Numbered from the stretch's first letter, positions 47,741 to 58,541 are shown. The stretch is 64,000 nucleotides of DNA from an uncultured Bacteroidales bacterium (GCA_947367375.1 CANBDZ010000001.1:3972-67971); one strand, 5' to 3'. Notes: generated by a model not told the origin, from the letters alone. Made by a program: numbers and translations.

Positions 47741-49036
47741 CTATCTTACTTTCAATAATGCGATTGTTATGACTGCGAGGATCATTCCCACGATCCAGAA
47801 TCTTGTTACGATCTTCGCTTCAGGAAGGGCCTTCTTAGGCCATGTGATCAAGGCTGGGATGCCTTCCTTCTGGTAGTGGTGATGGAGAGGAGCCATCTTG
47901 AAGATTCGCTTTCCTTCACCGTATTTCTTTTTCGTGTATTTGAAATAGAACTTCTGCATGAGTACCGAAAGGCTTTCGACGAAGAAGATTCCGCAGAGGA
48001 TAGGAAGGAGGAGTTCCTTTCTGATGAGCACTGCAGTCACTCCGATGATGCCTCCGAGCATGAGACTTCCTGTGTCGCCCATGAACACCTGTGCAGGGAA
48101 TGAGTTGTACCAGAGGAATCCGATCAGCGCTCCGACAAAGGCCGACATGTACACTGCCACTTCACCGCTTCCAGGTATGTACATTATATTAAGGTAGTCG
48201 GCGTTGACGATGTTGCCGGACAACCATGCGAATATTCCCAATACTACTCCTACTATCGCAGATGAACCTGTTGCAAGTCCGTCCATTCCGTCTGTGAGGT
48301 TCACACCGTTCGAGCATGCTGTGATGACGATGATGATCATCAGCACGTAGATCGCCCATTTGCAGTACCATCCGAATGTGCCCTTGAAAGGAGAGAGCCA
48401 CTTGTAGTCGAACTCGTGGTTCTTGATGAACGGAATCGTTGTCTTTGTGCTTTTGATCACGTCCAGTTTCTCGACCTCCTGCATCTCTGCATGGTCAATG
48501 GATGTGCTGTCCGCGAGTGCCTCGATCACTACGGTCTCGCTGACCTGTACGTTCTCTCTGACTACAATGTCGCTGTTGAAGCACACTGCAAGGCCGATTG
48601 CAAGACCCATAAGTCCCTGTCCTGCGAGCTTCATCTTTGCGCTCATTCCCTCCTTGTTCTTCTTGAAGACCTTGATGTAGTCATCTGCAAATCCGATCAG
48701 GAAGAACCACACTGTGCTCACGAGAAGGAGGATGTTGTAGATGTTGGTAAGGTCTCCGAAGAGAAGGATCGGAACGATGATGGATATGAATATGATGATG
48801 CCACCCATTGTAGGGGTGCCTTTCTTTTGCATCTGTCCTTCAAGTCCGAGGTCGCGGATCTCTTCTCCGATCTGCTTCTTCTGGATCCATCTGATGATCT
48901 TTCTGCCTGCGAATATAGAGATGAGGAGAGCTGTGGTGAATGCGGCCATAGCTCTGAAAGACAGGTAGCCGAAGAGGCCCTGTCCCGGAAGGTCGATGCC
49001 GATTCCCTTTAAAAACTCTACAAGGTGATATATCAT
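47741..49036 (-). CDS. mraY: Phospho-N-acetylmuramoyl-pentapeptide transferase
   Basis: [34 protein letters not shown]. Confidence 0.97.
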   Translation of the reverse strand: MIYHLVEFLKGIGIDLPGQGLFGYLSFRAMAAFTTALLISIFAGRKIIRWIQKKQIGEEIRDLGLEGQMQKKGTPTMGGIIIFISIIVPILLFGDLTNIYNILLLVSTVWFFLIGFADDYIKVFKKNKEGMSAKMKLAGQGLMGLAIGLAVCFNSDIVVRENVQVSETVVIEALADSTSIDHAEMQEVEKLDVIKSTKTTIPFIKNHEFDYKWLSPFKGTFGWYCKWAIYVLMIIIVITACSNGVNLTDGMDGLATGSSAIVGVVLGIFAWLSGNIVNADYLNIMYIPGSGEVAVYMSAFVGALIGFLWYNSFPAQVFMGDTGSLMLGGIIGVTAVLIRKELLLPILCGIFFVESLSVLMQKFYFKYTKKKYGEGKRIFKMAPLHHHYQKEGIPALITWPKKALPEAKIVTRFWIVGMILAVITIALLKVR

Positions 49037-49037
49037 T

Positions 49038-50504
49038 TTACTGCTGTTCTTTAAATATGTCCGTTACTATCTGTTTCTCGTCAAAATGTCTTTTTTCGGT
49101 GCCTATGATCTGGTAGGTCTCGTGTCCTTTGCCTGCCAGAAGGATTGTGGCACCCTGATTTGCAACCATTATCGCCGTCCTTATCGCTTCCTCGCGGTCC
49201 TCGATGAAGAGTGATCTCGATCTTCCGCTCAGGTCAAGGCCTGCCTTGATGTCATCCATGATGTCGGATGTCTTTTCAGTGCGGCTGTTGTCTGACGTCA
49301 CTATGATCCTGTCCGAAAGCTTCTGGGCGATCTGGGCCATTTCCGGTCTCTTGGTCTTGTCCCTGTCTCCGCCGCAGCCGAAGAGGCAGATGAGCTCTCT
49401 GTCGGGAGCGATCTCGCGGAGGGTCTTGAGCACGTTCTCAAGGGCGTCCGGGGTGTGGGCATAGTCGATAATTACCGATATATCCCTTGGTCCCCTTATG
49501 TTTTCGAGTCTACCCGGTGCTGGTCTGAGGCTGCTCAGGGCTACGAGTGCCTCCTGTGTGTCAGCTCCGAGCACGATGGCTGTCGTGTAGATGGCGAGGA
49601 GGTTGTAGGCGTTGTGGATGCCGATCAGGCTGCTCCAGCTCTCATATCCGTCCATCCTCAGCTGCATTCCTTCGAAGCTCTGCTCGATGATGCGGCAGGT
49701 GTGGTCTGCGAGCTTTCTGCATGAATATGTCACCACTTCGGCCTTTGTGTTCTGCACCATCACCATTCCGTTGCGGTCGTCGATGTTTGTGACTGCATAA
49801 GCATCTGCCGGCAGGGTGTCGAAGAAGAGTTTCTTGCACCTGAGGTACTCTGCAAAGGTCTTGTGGTAGTCGAGGTGGTCATGGGTGAGGTTGGAGAATA
49901 TGCCGACCTTGAACTTCAGGCCTGCCACTCTGTCCTGCTCCACTCCGATCGAGCTTACCTCCATGAAGCAGTACTCGCATCCGGCTTCCACCATCTCGTT
50001 AAGGAGTGAGTTGATTGTGAGAGGGTCGGATGTTGTGTTGACCGCTTCTGTACCTCTGTTGCCTACGTAGTTGGCTATGGTTGAAAGCAGACCGCAGTTG
50101 TAACCCAGTGCTGTGAACATTCTGTGCAGGAGGGTCACTGTTGTGGTCTTACCGTTGGTTCCTGTGATTCCTACAAGGGTGAGCTTGTGGGACGGATTGT
50201 CGTAGAAGTTTGCTGAAACTATTGCGAGAGCGTAGCGTGATGACTCGACCTGTACCAAGGTCACATCCTTGCCTTCGGTCTGAGCCTTTGCCAGCTCAAG
50301 GTCCTCGCATACTATTGCAGAGGCTCCCAGCTCTACTGCCTTAGCAATGAAACTGTGGCCGTCAATGGCATACCCCCTGACAGCAACGAAAAGCGCCCCG
50401 CAGGTCACTTTCCTTGAATCGTTGCAAACGGATGCAATCTCTATGTCTGTCCTGCCTTGTACGGCAGTCACTCCGCATCCTGCTATGATTTTCTCCAGTA
50501 TCAT
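49038..50504 (-). CDS. murE: UDP-MurNAc-dipeptide meso-DAP ligase
   Basis: [46 protein letters not shown]. Confidence 0.96.
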   Translation of the reverse strand: MILEKIIAGCGVTAVQGRTDIEIASVCNDSRKVTCGALFVAVRGYAIDGHSFIAKAVELGASAIVCEDLELAKAQTEGKDVTLVQVESSRYALAIVSANFYDNPSHKLTLVGITGTNGKTTTVTLLHRMFTALGYNCGLLSTIANYVGNRGTEAVNTTSDPLTINSLLNEMVEAGCEYCFMEVSSIGVEQDRVAGLKFKVGIFSNLTHDHLDYHKTFAEYLRCKKLFFDTLPADAYAVTNIDDRNGMVMVQNTKAEVVTYSCRKLADHTCRIIEQSFEGMQLRMDGYESWSSLIGIHNAYNLLAIYTTAIVLGADTQEALVALSSLRPAPGRLENIRGPRDISVIIDYAHTPDALENVLKTLREIAPDRELICLFGCGGDRDKTKRPEMAQIAQKLSDRIIVTSDNSRTEKTSDIMDDIKAGLDLSGRSRSLFIEDREEAIRTAIMVANQGATILLAGKGHETYQIIGTEKRHFDEKQIVTDIFKEQQ

Positions 50505-52612
50505 TTCAAAACTATATTTACAATTGTTCCCTTCTTTATTTTTGCACCAGCCTCTGGAGTCTGTGAAACCACGTGGCCGCTTCCGCTATAGCTGCATTTG
50601 TAGCCATTGTTCTCAATGGCATAGATGGCGTCTTTCAATCCGAATCCAGAAACGTCAGGCACCGGAGATTCGCCAGATTCCGATGTGCTGATGTGGTCAG
50701 CTCTCATCTGCGGCACTTCGCCTCTCTTCTTGAGCTCTTCTCCCCACTGACTGTCGTGTGCCCAAATGCCATCTACGATGTCCTTGAATGTCTGTGCAGG
50801 AATGCTTCCTCCATAAACGTTGTGGTGGATGAGGTCTGTATAAAGTACTACGATAGCTGTGTACTTTGGCTCGTCAGCCGGGAAGAAACCTACGAATGTC
50901 GCCTGATGTTTCTTTCTTCCGAGATTGTCCTCGTATGGATCGTTACTTCCCTTGCGCTCCTCTTTTGAAAGGTGTATGCGGGATGTTCCGGTCTTACCTG
51001 CGACCTGACATTTGGCATTCTTCAAGCTCTTCGCAGTACCCTCCAATGTCACCATCTTTAAAGCCCTTGTCACAGTGTCGGCTGTGGCCTTTGAACAGAT
51101 TGATCCGTTGAGGATAGACGGTTTGTACGGGATCTTAACCTTGCCGTCCTTTTCAACACTCTCGACAACATATGGCTTCATCATCTTTCCATTATTGGCG
51201 ATTGCATTATAGAATGTCACCACCTGAAGCGGAGTTACCCTTGCGGAATAACCGATAGCTACAGAGACAAGGTCGTATGCTGGCGAAGCTGACGTCTTTA
51301 TGTTAGGTAATGAAGGTTTAGAACTTCCAGATTCGGTCAGATCGAAGTCGTAAGCCTCTCCGAAGTTGTACTCATGGAGACGATTGAAGTATTCTTCTTC
51401 CCTTCCACCGTAGTAGTCCTTCACAAGACGTCTGAATACATAGTTCGATGAGATCTCGAAACCTTCTACCACTGATATGGTGTTGTTGCCGGTGCGATTC
51501 TCATATTTTGTTATGTAGTCGTCTTGCTTGATTTTACTCATGTCGTCCATGCGGCCGTGGTTGGTCTTGATCCTGTCTTCAAGCTGGATGTGACCATCCT
51601 CGATGAGGGTAGTGAGCGTTACTGTCTTGAAAACGGAACCTGGCTCTGCAGGAGTTCCTGCTGCCATGTTGAACACCTCTCTGAGCTCGCCCTTCCTGTC
51701 TTTCTGCAGGTTAACCATAGCTCTGATTGCACCAGTCTCAACTTCCATCACCACAACACAACCTCCCACGATGTCCTGTTCTACAGCAACATTCTTTCTC
51801 AGAGCCTTGTCGGCGATGTCTTGGATGTCTATGTCAAGGGTGATTCTGATGTCGCTTCCATCTGTAACGTCAACCACGCTGCTGTCCACATCCGGAATCA
51901 TGGCCTTGGTGTCGGTCACCTTCTGCCATTCGATTCCCTCCTTGCCGTGAAGGATGTAGTCGTATTTTCCTTCGATGCCGATGTGTCTTGCGTTGGTGTC
52001 GTTGTTGTGTTTCACATAGCCGATTACTCTTCTTGCAAGTCCTTCGTAAGGGTACTGTCGTGTTTCCTCTTTCTCCACAATCATACCGCTGGTGTAGGTA
52101 CCTTTACAGAAAAGAGGGAGCTTCCTGAGCTCCTCAAGTGTACCATGGTCAATGTTCTTGGCAATGGAAACGTATCTCTTCTTGAGCCTTCTTCCTGTGA
52201 AGATGAGATCTCTGTAGTATGCTGCGTCTTTGCCTTCCTCGCAAAGCACTTTTGGAAGTTCCTTCGCAAGCTCTTCTGCCTGGGCAATCCAATACTGCTC
52301 CCTTGCTTCTCCTTTCTCCTTATCATTGTCATGCTCCTCCTTGAGGACATAACAGTCCATGTGGACCTGATACATAGGAGTGGAGAGCGCAAGCAGCTTT
52401 CCGTTATGGTCTATGATCGCGCCTCGCAAAGGCTCGATCTCCTTCTTGTCCTTCTTTGGCTGAAAATATTCCACATATCTTGGGTCCGGTTCCCAGAAAT
52501 ACTGGATCTTCACGATCTCAATGACAATGAGCACAGCCGCCACAAGGAATATGGCGTGGAAAACAGTGAGGAAGTTACTCGCTCTGCGTCTTTCTGATTC
52601 GTGTGTACTCAT
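50501..52612 (-). CDS. ftsI: Division-specific class B penicillin-binding protein with PASTA domain
   Basis: RQYP, GIEG, EPGSVFK (SxxK), SSN, KTGT, C-terminal PASTA. Confidence 0.92.
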   Translation of the reverse strand: MSTHESERRRASNFLTVFHAIFLVAAVLIVIEIVKIQYFWEPDPRYVEYFQPKKDKKEIEPLRGAIIDHNGKLLALSTPMYQVHMDCYVLKEEHDNDKEKGEAREQYWIAQAEELAKELPKVLCEEGKDAAYYRDLIFTGRRLKKRYVSIAKNIDHGTLEELRKLPLFCKGTYTSGMIVEKEETRQYPYEGLARRVIGYVKHNNDTNARHIGIEGKYDYILHGKEGIEWQKVTDTKAMIPDVDSSVVDVTDGSDIRITLDIDIQDIADKALRKNVAVEQDIVGGCVVVMEVETGAIRAMVNLQKDRKGELREVFNMAAGTPAEPGSVFKTVTLTTLIEDGHIQLEDRIKTNHGRMDDMSKIKQDDYITKYENRTGNNTISVVEGFEISSNYVFRRLVKDYYGGREEEYFNRLHEYNFGEAYDFDLTESGSSKPSLPNIKTSASPAYDLVSVAIGYSARVTPLQVVTFYNAIANNGKMMKPYVVESVEKDGKVKIPYKPSILNGSICSKATADTVTRALKMVTLEGTAKSLKNAKCQVAGKTGTSRIHLSKEERKGSNDPYEDNLGRKKHQATFVGFFPADEPKYTAIVVLYTDLIHHNVYGGSIPAQTFKDIVDGIWAHDSQWGEELKKRGEVPQMRADHISTSESGESPVPDVSGFGLKDAIYAIENNGYKCSYSGSGHVVSQTPEAGAKIKKGTIVNIVLK

Positions 52613-52953
52613 TTCTTGATGATGATGTCTGCCGGTTTTTGTGGTGTGGTCACTTTTGACTGTTTCTGCTCGAGCATCTCCTGCACTGTGCTGATGCGGT
52701 CGAGGCTGACATATTCGCAGGTCTTCTGCGAATGGTATATCTTTAAGGTTTCAAGTTCCTTCTTGTTCTTTTCGACCTGAACCATGGCCTGTTCGGCCTT
52801 GTATGAGATCCAGATGCTGAGCCATCCGAGAACAAAAAAGTATAGGATATATGGAAAGCCCTTGTGGAGCCTCATCCTGACAAGAATGTCACCGCTGATG
52901 ATTGACTTGGCGACGTTCTTTATCATTGAACCGATGTCTTTAAGCTTTCCCAT
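52609..52953 (-). CDS. ftsL: FtsL-like cell division protein
   Basis: Single TM plus coiled coil, between rsmH and ftsI. Confidence 0.75.
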   Translation of the reverse strand: MGKLKDIGSMIKNVAKSIISGDILVRMRLHKGFPYILYFFVLGWLSIWISYKAEQAMVQVEKNKKELETLKIYHSQKTCEYVSLDRISTVQEMLEQKQSKVTTPQKPADIIIKK

Positions 52954-53858
52954 TATAGTTTCTCAGCTATTCTCAATTTTGCGCTTCGCGCTCTGGTGTT
53001 ACTTGCAATTTCTGTTTCCTGCGGGAGGATAGGTTTTCTGTTTACCGCCTTGAGCGGTGCTGAAGAGTTGCCGTAGAAGTCCTTTTCGACCTCTCCCTCG
53101 ATGTTTCCAGCCTTGATGAAGTTCTTCACCATCCTGTCCTCAAGAGAGTGGTAGGTGATGATGACCATCTTGCCTCCTGGCTTCAAGGATTTTGCTGCTC
53201 CGCTCAGGAACTTCTCCAATGACTTCATCTCCTGGTTCACCTCTATTCTCAGCGCCTGGTAGACCTTTGCCAGGAACTTGTGTTCAGCGAACTTTGGAAG
53301 TGCACTTTCGATAGCCTTGCCGAGGTCTCCGGTAGTCTCGATTTTTGAAATCTCCCTTGCCTTGCAGATCATCTGTGCGATTCTTCTGCTGTTGTCCACC
53401 TCACCGTAGAGTCTGAGGATCTTTTCAAGGTCTGCCTGCTCGTAGGTGTTCACGATGTCAGCCGCATTGAATTCAGCCTCCTGATTCATTCTCATGTCGA
53501 GTGGAGCCTCGTATCTGAACGAGAAACCTCTCTCTGCGGTGTCAAACTGGTGGGATGAAACTCCCAAGTCTGCAAGCACTCCGTCAATTCCGTCTTTGTA
53601 GCCCTGATGGATGACGTGGTTGTGGATCCAGCGGAAGTCGCTGCGGATGAGAGTCAGACGGCTGTCGTCCGGGCGGTTCGCTATCGCGTCGCTGTCGCGG
53701 TCGAAAGCGATGAGCCTGCCGTTCTCAGACAGTCTGCTGAGGATCTCACGTGAGTGACCTCCTCCGCCAAAAGTGGCATCTGCGTATGTTCCTGATGTTG
53801 AATCGATTAAAGCAGAAACGCTTTCGTCGAGTAAAACTGGAATATGGTACTCGGACAT
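52953..53858 (-). CDS. rsmH: 16S rRNA m4C1402 methyltransferase
   Basis: HIPVLL, DATFGGGGHS, DLGVSSHQFD, PLDMRM, YHSLEDR, RARSAKLR. Confidence 0.97.
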   Translation of the reverse strand: MSEYHIPVLLDESVSALIDSTSGTYADATFGGGGHSREILSRLSENGRLIAFDRDSDAIANRPDDSRLTLIRSDFRWIHNHVIHQGYKDGIDGVLADLGVSSHQFDTAERGFSFRYEAPLDMRMNQEAEFNAADIVNTYEQADLEKILRLYGEVDNSRRIAQMICKAREISKIETTGDLGKAIESALPKFAEHKFLAKVYQALRIEVNQEMKSLEKFLSGAAKSLKPGGKMVIITYHSLEDRMVKNFIKAGNIEGEVEKDFYGNSSAPLKAVNRKPILPQETEIASNTRARSAKLRIAEKL

Positions 53859-53877
53859 ATTGGTGGCCTCCTATCGG

Positions 53878-54330
53878 TTAAATACGTCCAGCTAATTTCT
53901 TACCCATATTGCGGAATTCTTCGGCTGAGAAACATCCGCCTTCCAGCTCTTCTTTTGCCCAAATTTCGACCTTGAAGTCAACGCCCTGGAATACGACTTC
54001 CTTGGCGATTCCCGCTTTGTCAAGCAGTTCTTTGGGGATGGTGATTCTTCCGAGCTTGGCATCCGGAACTACAGTCACGGTGTCGCTCATGTATGTTCTC
54101 CAATACTTCATGTGGTCTTCATCGAAAGCCAGATCGAGCTTGGATCTTACAGCCTGAGACATAATGGCCCATTCCTGACGGGTGTACATCTCAAGACAGT
54201 TCGAATAAAGGTCCTTTCTGATGACGAATTCCATCTGATCGGCAGGCACGGCATTCTTGATGGCAGAAGGAATCACAAGTCTTCCTTTGTCATCTATTTT
54301 TGCTGTGTATTTTCCGAAAAATCCGCTCAT
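53878..54330 (-). CDS. mraZ: Transcriptional regulator MraZ
   Basis: KIDDKGRLVIP, second repeat DAKLGRITIP, VEIW; first gene of the dcw cluster. Confidence 0.92.
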   Translation of the reverse strand: MSGFFGKYTAKIDDKGRLVIPSAIKNAVPADQMEFVIRKDLYSNCLEMYTRQEWAIMSQAVRSKLDLAFDEDHMKYWRTYMSDTVTVVPDAKLGRITIPKELLDKAGIAKEVVFQGVDFKVEIWAKEELEGGCFSAEEFRNMGKKLAGRI

Positions 54331-54355
54331 CGTTCAAACCTTTGATACCGAGGTG

Positions 54356-54410
54356 CAAAAATAGAAATTATTTTCCATTTTATTCCACTTTTTCCCATTT
54401 TTTTCCACAA
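54356..54410 (-). promoter_or_regulatory. dcw promoter (-7 TATTTTTG) with four MraZ-box-like repeats at 10-bp spacing
   Basis: Plus strand ttttccattt tattccactt tttcccattt ttttccacaa, i.e. minus-strand RTGG boxes every 10 nt. Confidence 0.75.
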
Positions 54411-54500
54411 CGATTTCAACAACCCTGCCACACGTGCTTCCAGGGCATATTGCAACGAATAAGATTATTCGTAAATTTGCACGGTTTTAAAATGAAAATT

Positions 54501-55748
54501 ATGAAAAACAGAGGATATATATACGCTTTTGCAGTTCTGTTGTGCCTTTGTGTGGCCTGCAGCAGAAAGGATGCAGCCGAGGTTGTGGAAGTGGTTGATG
54601 TTGAAGAAGTAGCAGTCCCTGCTATGGGATTTAGTCCTGATTCCCTTGAGGTTCGTTCGGGTGAGGTGAAGAACGGCCAGTTCTTCTCGACTCTTCTTGG
54701 AGGGCTGGGTCTCTCGCAACAGGAGGCATATAACCTTACTGAGGCGACAAAAGAGGTCTTTGATGTGAAGACTCTCCGTGTCGGAAAGGAGTATAGAGCT
54801 TACTATAAGGACTCGGTTCTGAAGTACCTTGTCTACGATCGTGACAAGGCCAGCAGCATAGTCTTTGACTGCACTGCTCCGTACGATGCCTGGGTTTATG
54901 AAAAGCCTGTGACAGTAGAACAGCGTTATGCAGATGTGACCATCAGCAGCTCGCTTTGGGTGGATATGAGGGCAGCAGGCGTTTCGCCGCTTCTAATTGT
55001 GGGCCTCTCTGACATATATGCCTGGACAATAGACTTCTTTGCTCTTCAGAAAGGCGACCGCTTCAGGGTCCTCTACGAAGAGAGAATGTGTGACGGTGAA
55101 GTCATCGCCGTCGACACCGTACGATATGCAGTCTTCAGCCACGGCGGAGATGACTTCCCGATGGTGATGTTCGATCAGAAGGACGGTGGAAACATGTGGT
55201 GGAATGAGAAAGGAGAGAGCATGAGGAAGGCCTTCCTCAAAGCTCCGCTCAACTACTCTCGCATCAGCTCAGGCTTCTCTTACTCCCGCAAGCATCCTGT
55301 GACCCGCAAGGTCCAGCCGCACACAGGAGTGGACTACGCAGCTCCTACAGGAACCCCTGTGATGACAATCGGAGACGGAGTCGTGACAAGTGTGAAATAT
55401 GAAGGTGCCGGTGGTAACACAGTGAGAATCAGACATAATTCAGTCTACTCTACAGCCTACCTCCACCTTTCCAAATACGCAAAAGGCCTCAAGGCAGGCC
55501 AGCGCGTCCGCCAGGGCGAGGTTATCGGCTACGTCGGCTCAACCGGCCGCTCAACCGGCCCGCACCTCGACTTCCGTGTGTGGAAAAACGGCACACCGAT
55601 CAACCCTCTCAAAATGGAGTCCCCACCAGCAGAACCAATCAAGGACTCCAACAAGAAAGTCTTTGCTGAAACCTCAGCAAAATACAAGGCCCAGATCGAC
55701 TCGATCCAGGCCTACAAAGTCCTCCCAGCCCTACTGGAAGTTCTCTAA
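54501..55748 (+). CDS. M23 family metallopeptidase (MepM/Csd3-like), probable lipoprotein
   Basis: Start MKNRGY (alternative 54492); CVAC lipobox; FLKAPL..SRISSGF, HTGVDY, YLHL, GPHLDFRV. Confidence 0.88.
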   Translation: MKNRGYIYAFAVLLCLCVACSRKDAAEVVEVVDVEEVAVPAMGFSPDSLEVRSGEVKNGQFFSTLLGGLGLSQQEAYNLTEATKEVFDVKTLRVGKEYRAYYKDSVLKYLVYDRDKASSIVFDCTAPYDAWVYEKPVTVEQRYADVTISSSLWVDMRAAGVSPLLIVGLSDIYAWTIDFFALQKGDRFRVLYEERMCDGEVIAVDTVRYAVFSHGGDDFPMVMFDQKDGGNMWWNEKGESMRKAFLKAPLNYSRISSGFSYSRKHPVTRKVQPHTGVDYAAPTGTPVMTIGDGVVTSVKYEGAGGNTVRIRHNSVYSTAYLHLSKYAKGLKAGQRVRQGEVIGYVGSTGRSTGPHLDFRVWKNGTPINPLKMESPPAEPIKDSNKKVFAETSAKYKAQIDSIQAYKVLPALLEVL

Positions 55749-55771
55749 CCAAAAGTGAACTTCAGCTAGAC

Positions 55772-55884
55772 AGTTCTAGTGAACTTTAGACCAAAAATCT
55801 TCACTAGAACTGCTGTAAATAAGCCCAATCATCACCAAAACCTTAGTTCTAGTGAACTTGAAGGCAAGAATCTTCACTAGAACT
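55772..55884. repeat. Family-A palindromic units, 2 x 40 bp, 73-bp period
   Basis: AGTTCTAGTGAA-N16-TTCACTAGAACT at 55772-55811 and 55845-55884. Confidence 0.85.
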
Positions 55885-56001
55885 TTTTGTGATGTTATTC
55901 GTGAACTTAAATGCCACCAAATTATAGTGAGAATATTTTAGTTTAAGTGAATTTGAGATATAAAGCAGTCATTGGAACTTTGGGTGATTTGATCTGCTGA
56001 C

Positions 56002-56184
56002 ATCTCATAACAGTCTGTCTGTTTCACCATTGTGAGCCTCCATCACCCTCCCAGTTACTCAAGTGCCGTATCTGCTCTCATAACAGTAAAAATCAGCTAC
56101 CGTTATGAGAGGCTGTCGCTATCTCATCTACACTGAAGCTATCTTGTCTCTCACAATGGTACCCTTTTCTTACCGTTATGAGAG
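56002..56184. repeat. Family-B palindromic units, 3 x 37 bp, 73-bp period
   Basis: CTCTCATAACAGTA-N9-TACCGTTATGAGAG and variants starting at 56002, 56075 and 56148. Confidence 0.85.
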
Positions 56185-56204
56185 GTCTTAGGGTATTGCA
56201 TAAT

Positions 56205-56249
56205 AAAAAAGGGTGACTAAAATAGTCTCATACGACTAATCAGTCACCC
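56205..56249 (-). terminator. Intrinsic terminator after glpF
   Basis: GGGTGACT...AGTCACCC stem with inner TAGTC/GACTA; T6 tract on the minus strand. Confidence 0.75.
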
Positions 56250-56276
56250 ACTTAGGTTTATATATATGTCCTACCT

Positions 56277-57029
56277 TTAGTAGATAAGGATATATGCGAG
56301 TGCTGCTACGGCAGCTCCGCAGATAGGGGCGATTGCCGGTACCCAGCTGTAGCCCCAGCCGCTGTCGCGCTTGCCCTTGATAGGGAGGACTGCGTGTGCG
56401 ATACGTGGAGCGAGGTCACGTGCAGGGTTGATTGCGTAGCCTGTTGCTCCTCCGAGGGACATACCGATAGACATGATGAGGAAGGTTACAGGAAGCGCTC
56501 CAAGCTCTCCCATACCGATGTGGAGATGCTGTCCGTCTGGGTCGAGGTGAGCTACATTTGCATCCACTCCGAACACGAGGATCACGAACACGAGGAGGAA
56601 GCTTGCAAGACCCTCACAGAAGAAGTTGCGCATCTTGTGCCCTTCGATCGCTGGCATAGTACAGAATGTACCGAGCTTAGTATCAGGGTCTTCAGTAGCG
56701 TCATAGTGGTCCTTGTAGAAAAGCCATACAAGGGCAGCTCCTGCGAAACCTCCGAGCATCTGTGCGATCACGTAGCCTGGAACCGCAGACCAAGCCATTG
56801 TGCCTGCAAGGGCGCAACCGAGGCTGACTGCAGGGTTCAGGTGCGCTCCTGAAACCGATCCTGCGATGAACACTCCGACCATAACGGCGAAGCCCCATCC
56901 CATTGTTATCACGATCCAGCCGGCTCCCTGAGCCTTGCTCTTGTTAAGACTTGTAGCGGCGCACACTCCGTCGCCGAGGAGGATCAGCACCATGGTGCCG
57001 ATGAACTCGAATAGGTATTTTTCAAACAT
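56277..57029 (-). CDS. glpF: Glycerol uptake facilitator (MIP aquaglyceroporin)
   Basis: SGAHLNPAVS and GYAINPARD motifs; adjacent to glpK. Confidence 0.93.
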   Translation of the reverse strand: MFEKYLFEFIGTMVLILLGDGVCAATSLNKSKAQGAGWIVITMGWGFAVMVGVFIAGSVSGAHLNPAVSLGCALAGTMAWSAVPGYVIAQMLGGFAGAALVWLFYKDHYDATEDPDTKLGTFCTMPAIEGHKMRNFFCEGLASFLLVFVILVFGVDANVAHLDPDGQHLHIGMGELGALPVTFLIMSIGMSLGGATGYAINPARDLAPRIAHAVLPIKGKRDSGWGYSWVPAIAPICGAAVAALAYILIY

Positions 57030-57040
57030 AGTGATATTGG

Positions 57041-58528
57041 TTATTTACCGGTTAGTGTTCTTCTTATTGCGTCATTCCATCCGTCCTTGAGGGCTGCAAC
57101 TGTCTCAACATCAGCTGAAGGCTGGAACTCCTTCTCCACGCCCCACTGCTTCTTGATGTGATCGATGCTTTCCCAGTAGCCTACTGCGAGACCTGCAAGG
57201 TAAGCTGCACCGAGGGCTGTGGTCTCGGTCACTGTCGGTCTGATGACCGAAGTTCCGAGCACGTCAGCCTGGAACTGCATGAGCAGGTTGTTGCGTGATG
57301 CTCCTCCATCTACCTTGAGCTCCTTCAAAGTCACTCCGGCATCCTTCTGCATCGCGTTGACGATGTCCATAGTCTGGAATGCGATTCCCTCGAGGGCTGC
57401 TCGTGCGATGTGTGCTGCAGTAGAGCCACGGCTCAAGCCGTAGATGCTACCCTGTGCGTACTGATCCCAGTGTGGAGCTCCGAGACCTGTCAGTGCAGGC
57501 ACGAAATAGACTCCTCCGTTGTCAGGAACGCTGGCAGCCAATGCCTCCACTTCAGAAGATGACTTGATGATGCCGAGTCCGTCGCGGAGCCACTGAACTA
57601 CAGATCCTGCTACGAAGATACTTCCTTCAAGTGCATAGTTCACTGTGTCTCCGATCTTCCATGCGATGGTGGTGAGGAGGTTGTTCTGTGACATTATCGG
57701 TCTTTCGCCGCTGTTCATAAGAAGGAAGCAGCCGGTTCCGTAAGTGTTCTTCACTGAACCAGGCTCTGTACACATCTGTCCGAAAAGCGCTGCCTGCTGG
57801 TCTCCAGCGATACCGGCGATAGGAACTTCGTGTGCAAAGAGTGTGGTCTTGGTGTAGCCATATACCTCGCTTGATGACTTCACCTGCGGCATCATCGATG
57901 CCGGTATATTCATGAGTTCAAGAAGCTCCTTGTCCCACTCGAGGGTGTGGATGTTGAAGAGCATTGTTCTTGATGCGTTGCTGACGTCGGTTACGTGTAC
58001 TTCACCGCGGGTGAGCATCCAGATCAGCCATGTGTCCACTGTACCGAAGCGGAGTCGGCCCTCTTCTGCCTTCTGGCGTGCTCCAGGCACGTTTTCAAGG
58101 ATCCAGCGGATCTTTGTTGCACTGAAGTAGGCGTCAATGATGAGACCTGTCTTGCTGCGGATAAGATCTGTACGTCCGTCTCTCTTGAGGCTGTCGCAGT
58201 ACTCTGATGTTCTTCTGTCCTGCCATACGATCGCGTTGTACACAGGCTCACCAGTCTCGGCATCCCACACGATGGTGGTCTCACGCTGGTTGGTGATACC
58301 GATCGCCGCGATGTTCAGTCCGTTGATGTCGATAGAGGTAATGGCCTCGGCGATCACTGCCGCCTGAGATGACCAGATCTCCATCGGGTTGTGCTCTACC
58401 CAGCCCGGTTTCGGGAAGATCTGGGTGAACTCTTTCTGTGATACAGCCTTTGTCTGTCCGTTCTGGTCAAAGACGATGGCTCTTGAACTACTTGTGCCCT
58501 GGTCAAGGGCAAGAATATACTTCTCCAT
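57041..58528 (-). CDS. glpK: Glycerol kinase
   Basis: [52 protein letters not shown]. Confidence 0.97.
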   Translation of the reverse strand: MEKYILALDQGTSSSRAIVFDQNGQTKAVSQKEFTQIFPKPGWVEHNPMEIWSSQAAVIAEAITSIDINGLNIAAIGITNQRETTIVWDAETGEPVYNAIVWQDRRTSEYCDSLKRDGRTDLIRSKTGLIIDAYFSATKIRWILENVPGARQKAEEGRLRFGTVDTWLIWMLTRGEVHVTDVSNASRTMLFNIHTLEWDKELLELMNIPASMMPQVKSSSEVYGYTKTTLFAHEVPIAGIAGDQQAALFGQMCTEPGSVKNTYGTGCFLLMNSGERPIMSQNNLLTTIAWKIGDTVNYALEGSIFVAGSVVQWLRDGLGIIKSSSEVEALAASVPDNGGVYFVPALTGLGAPHWDQYAQGSIYGLSRGSTAAHIARAALEGIAFQTMDIVNAMQKDAGVTLKELKVDGGASRNNLLMQFQADVLGTSVIRPTVTETTALGAAYLAGLAVGYWESIDHIKKQWGVEKEFQPSADVETVAALKDGWNDAIRRTLTGK

Positions 58529-58541
58529 AATTATGTGGTTG

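Noticed and set aside
51524..52597. 357-aa plus-strand ORF
   Set aside because: Antisense shadow of ftsI.
38939..54330. Absence of murF and ddl from the dcw cluster
   Set aside because: This is the usual Bacteroidetes arrangement and not novel.
54300..54500. N-terminal extension of the M23 ORF
   Set aside because: It runs through the divergent promoter and MraZ boxes; the signal peptide begins at about 54501.
55772..56184. Calling the 73-bp array a canonical CRISPR array
   Set aside because: Only 2+3 units from two families, variable repeat centres, spacers partly similar to each other, and no cas genes in the window. Kept as an unexplained repeat.
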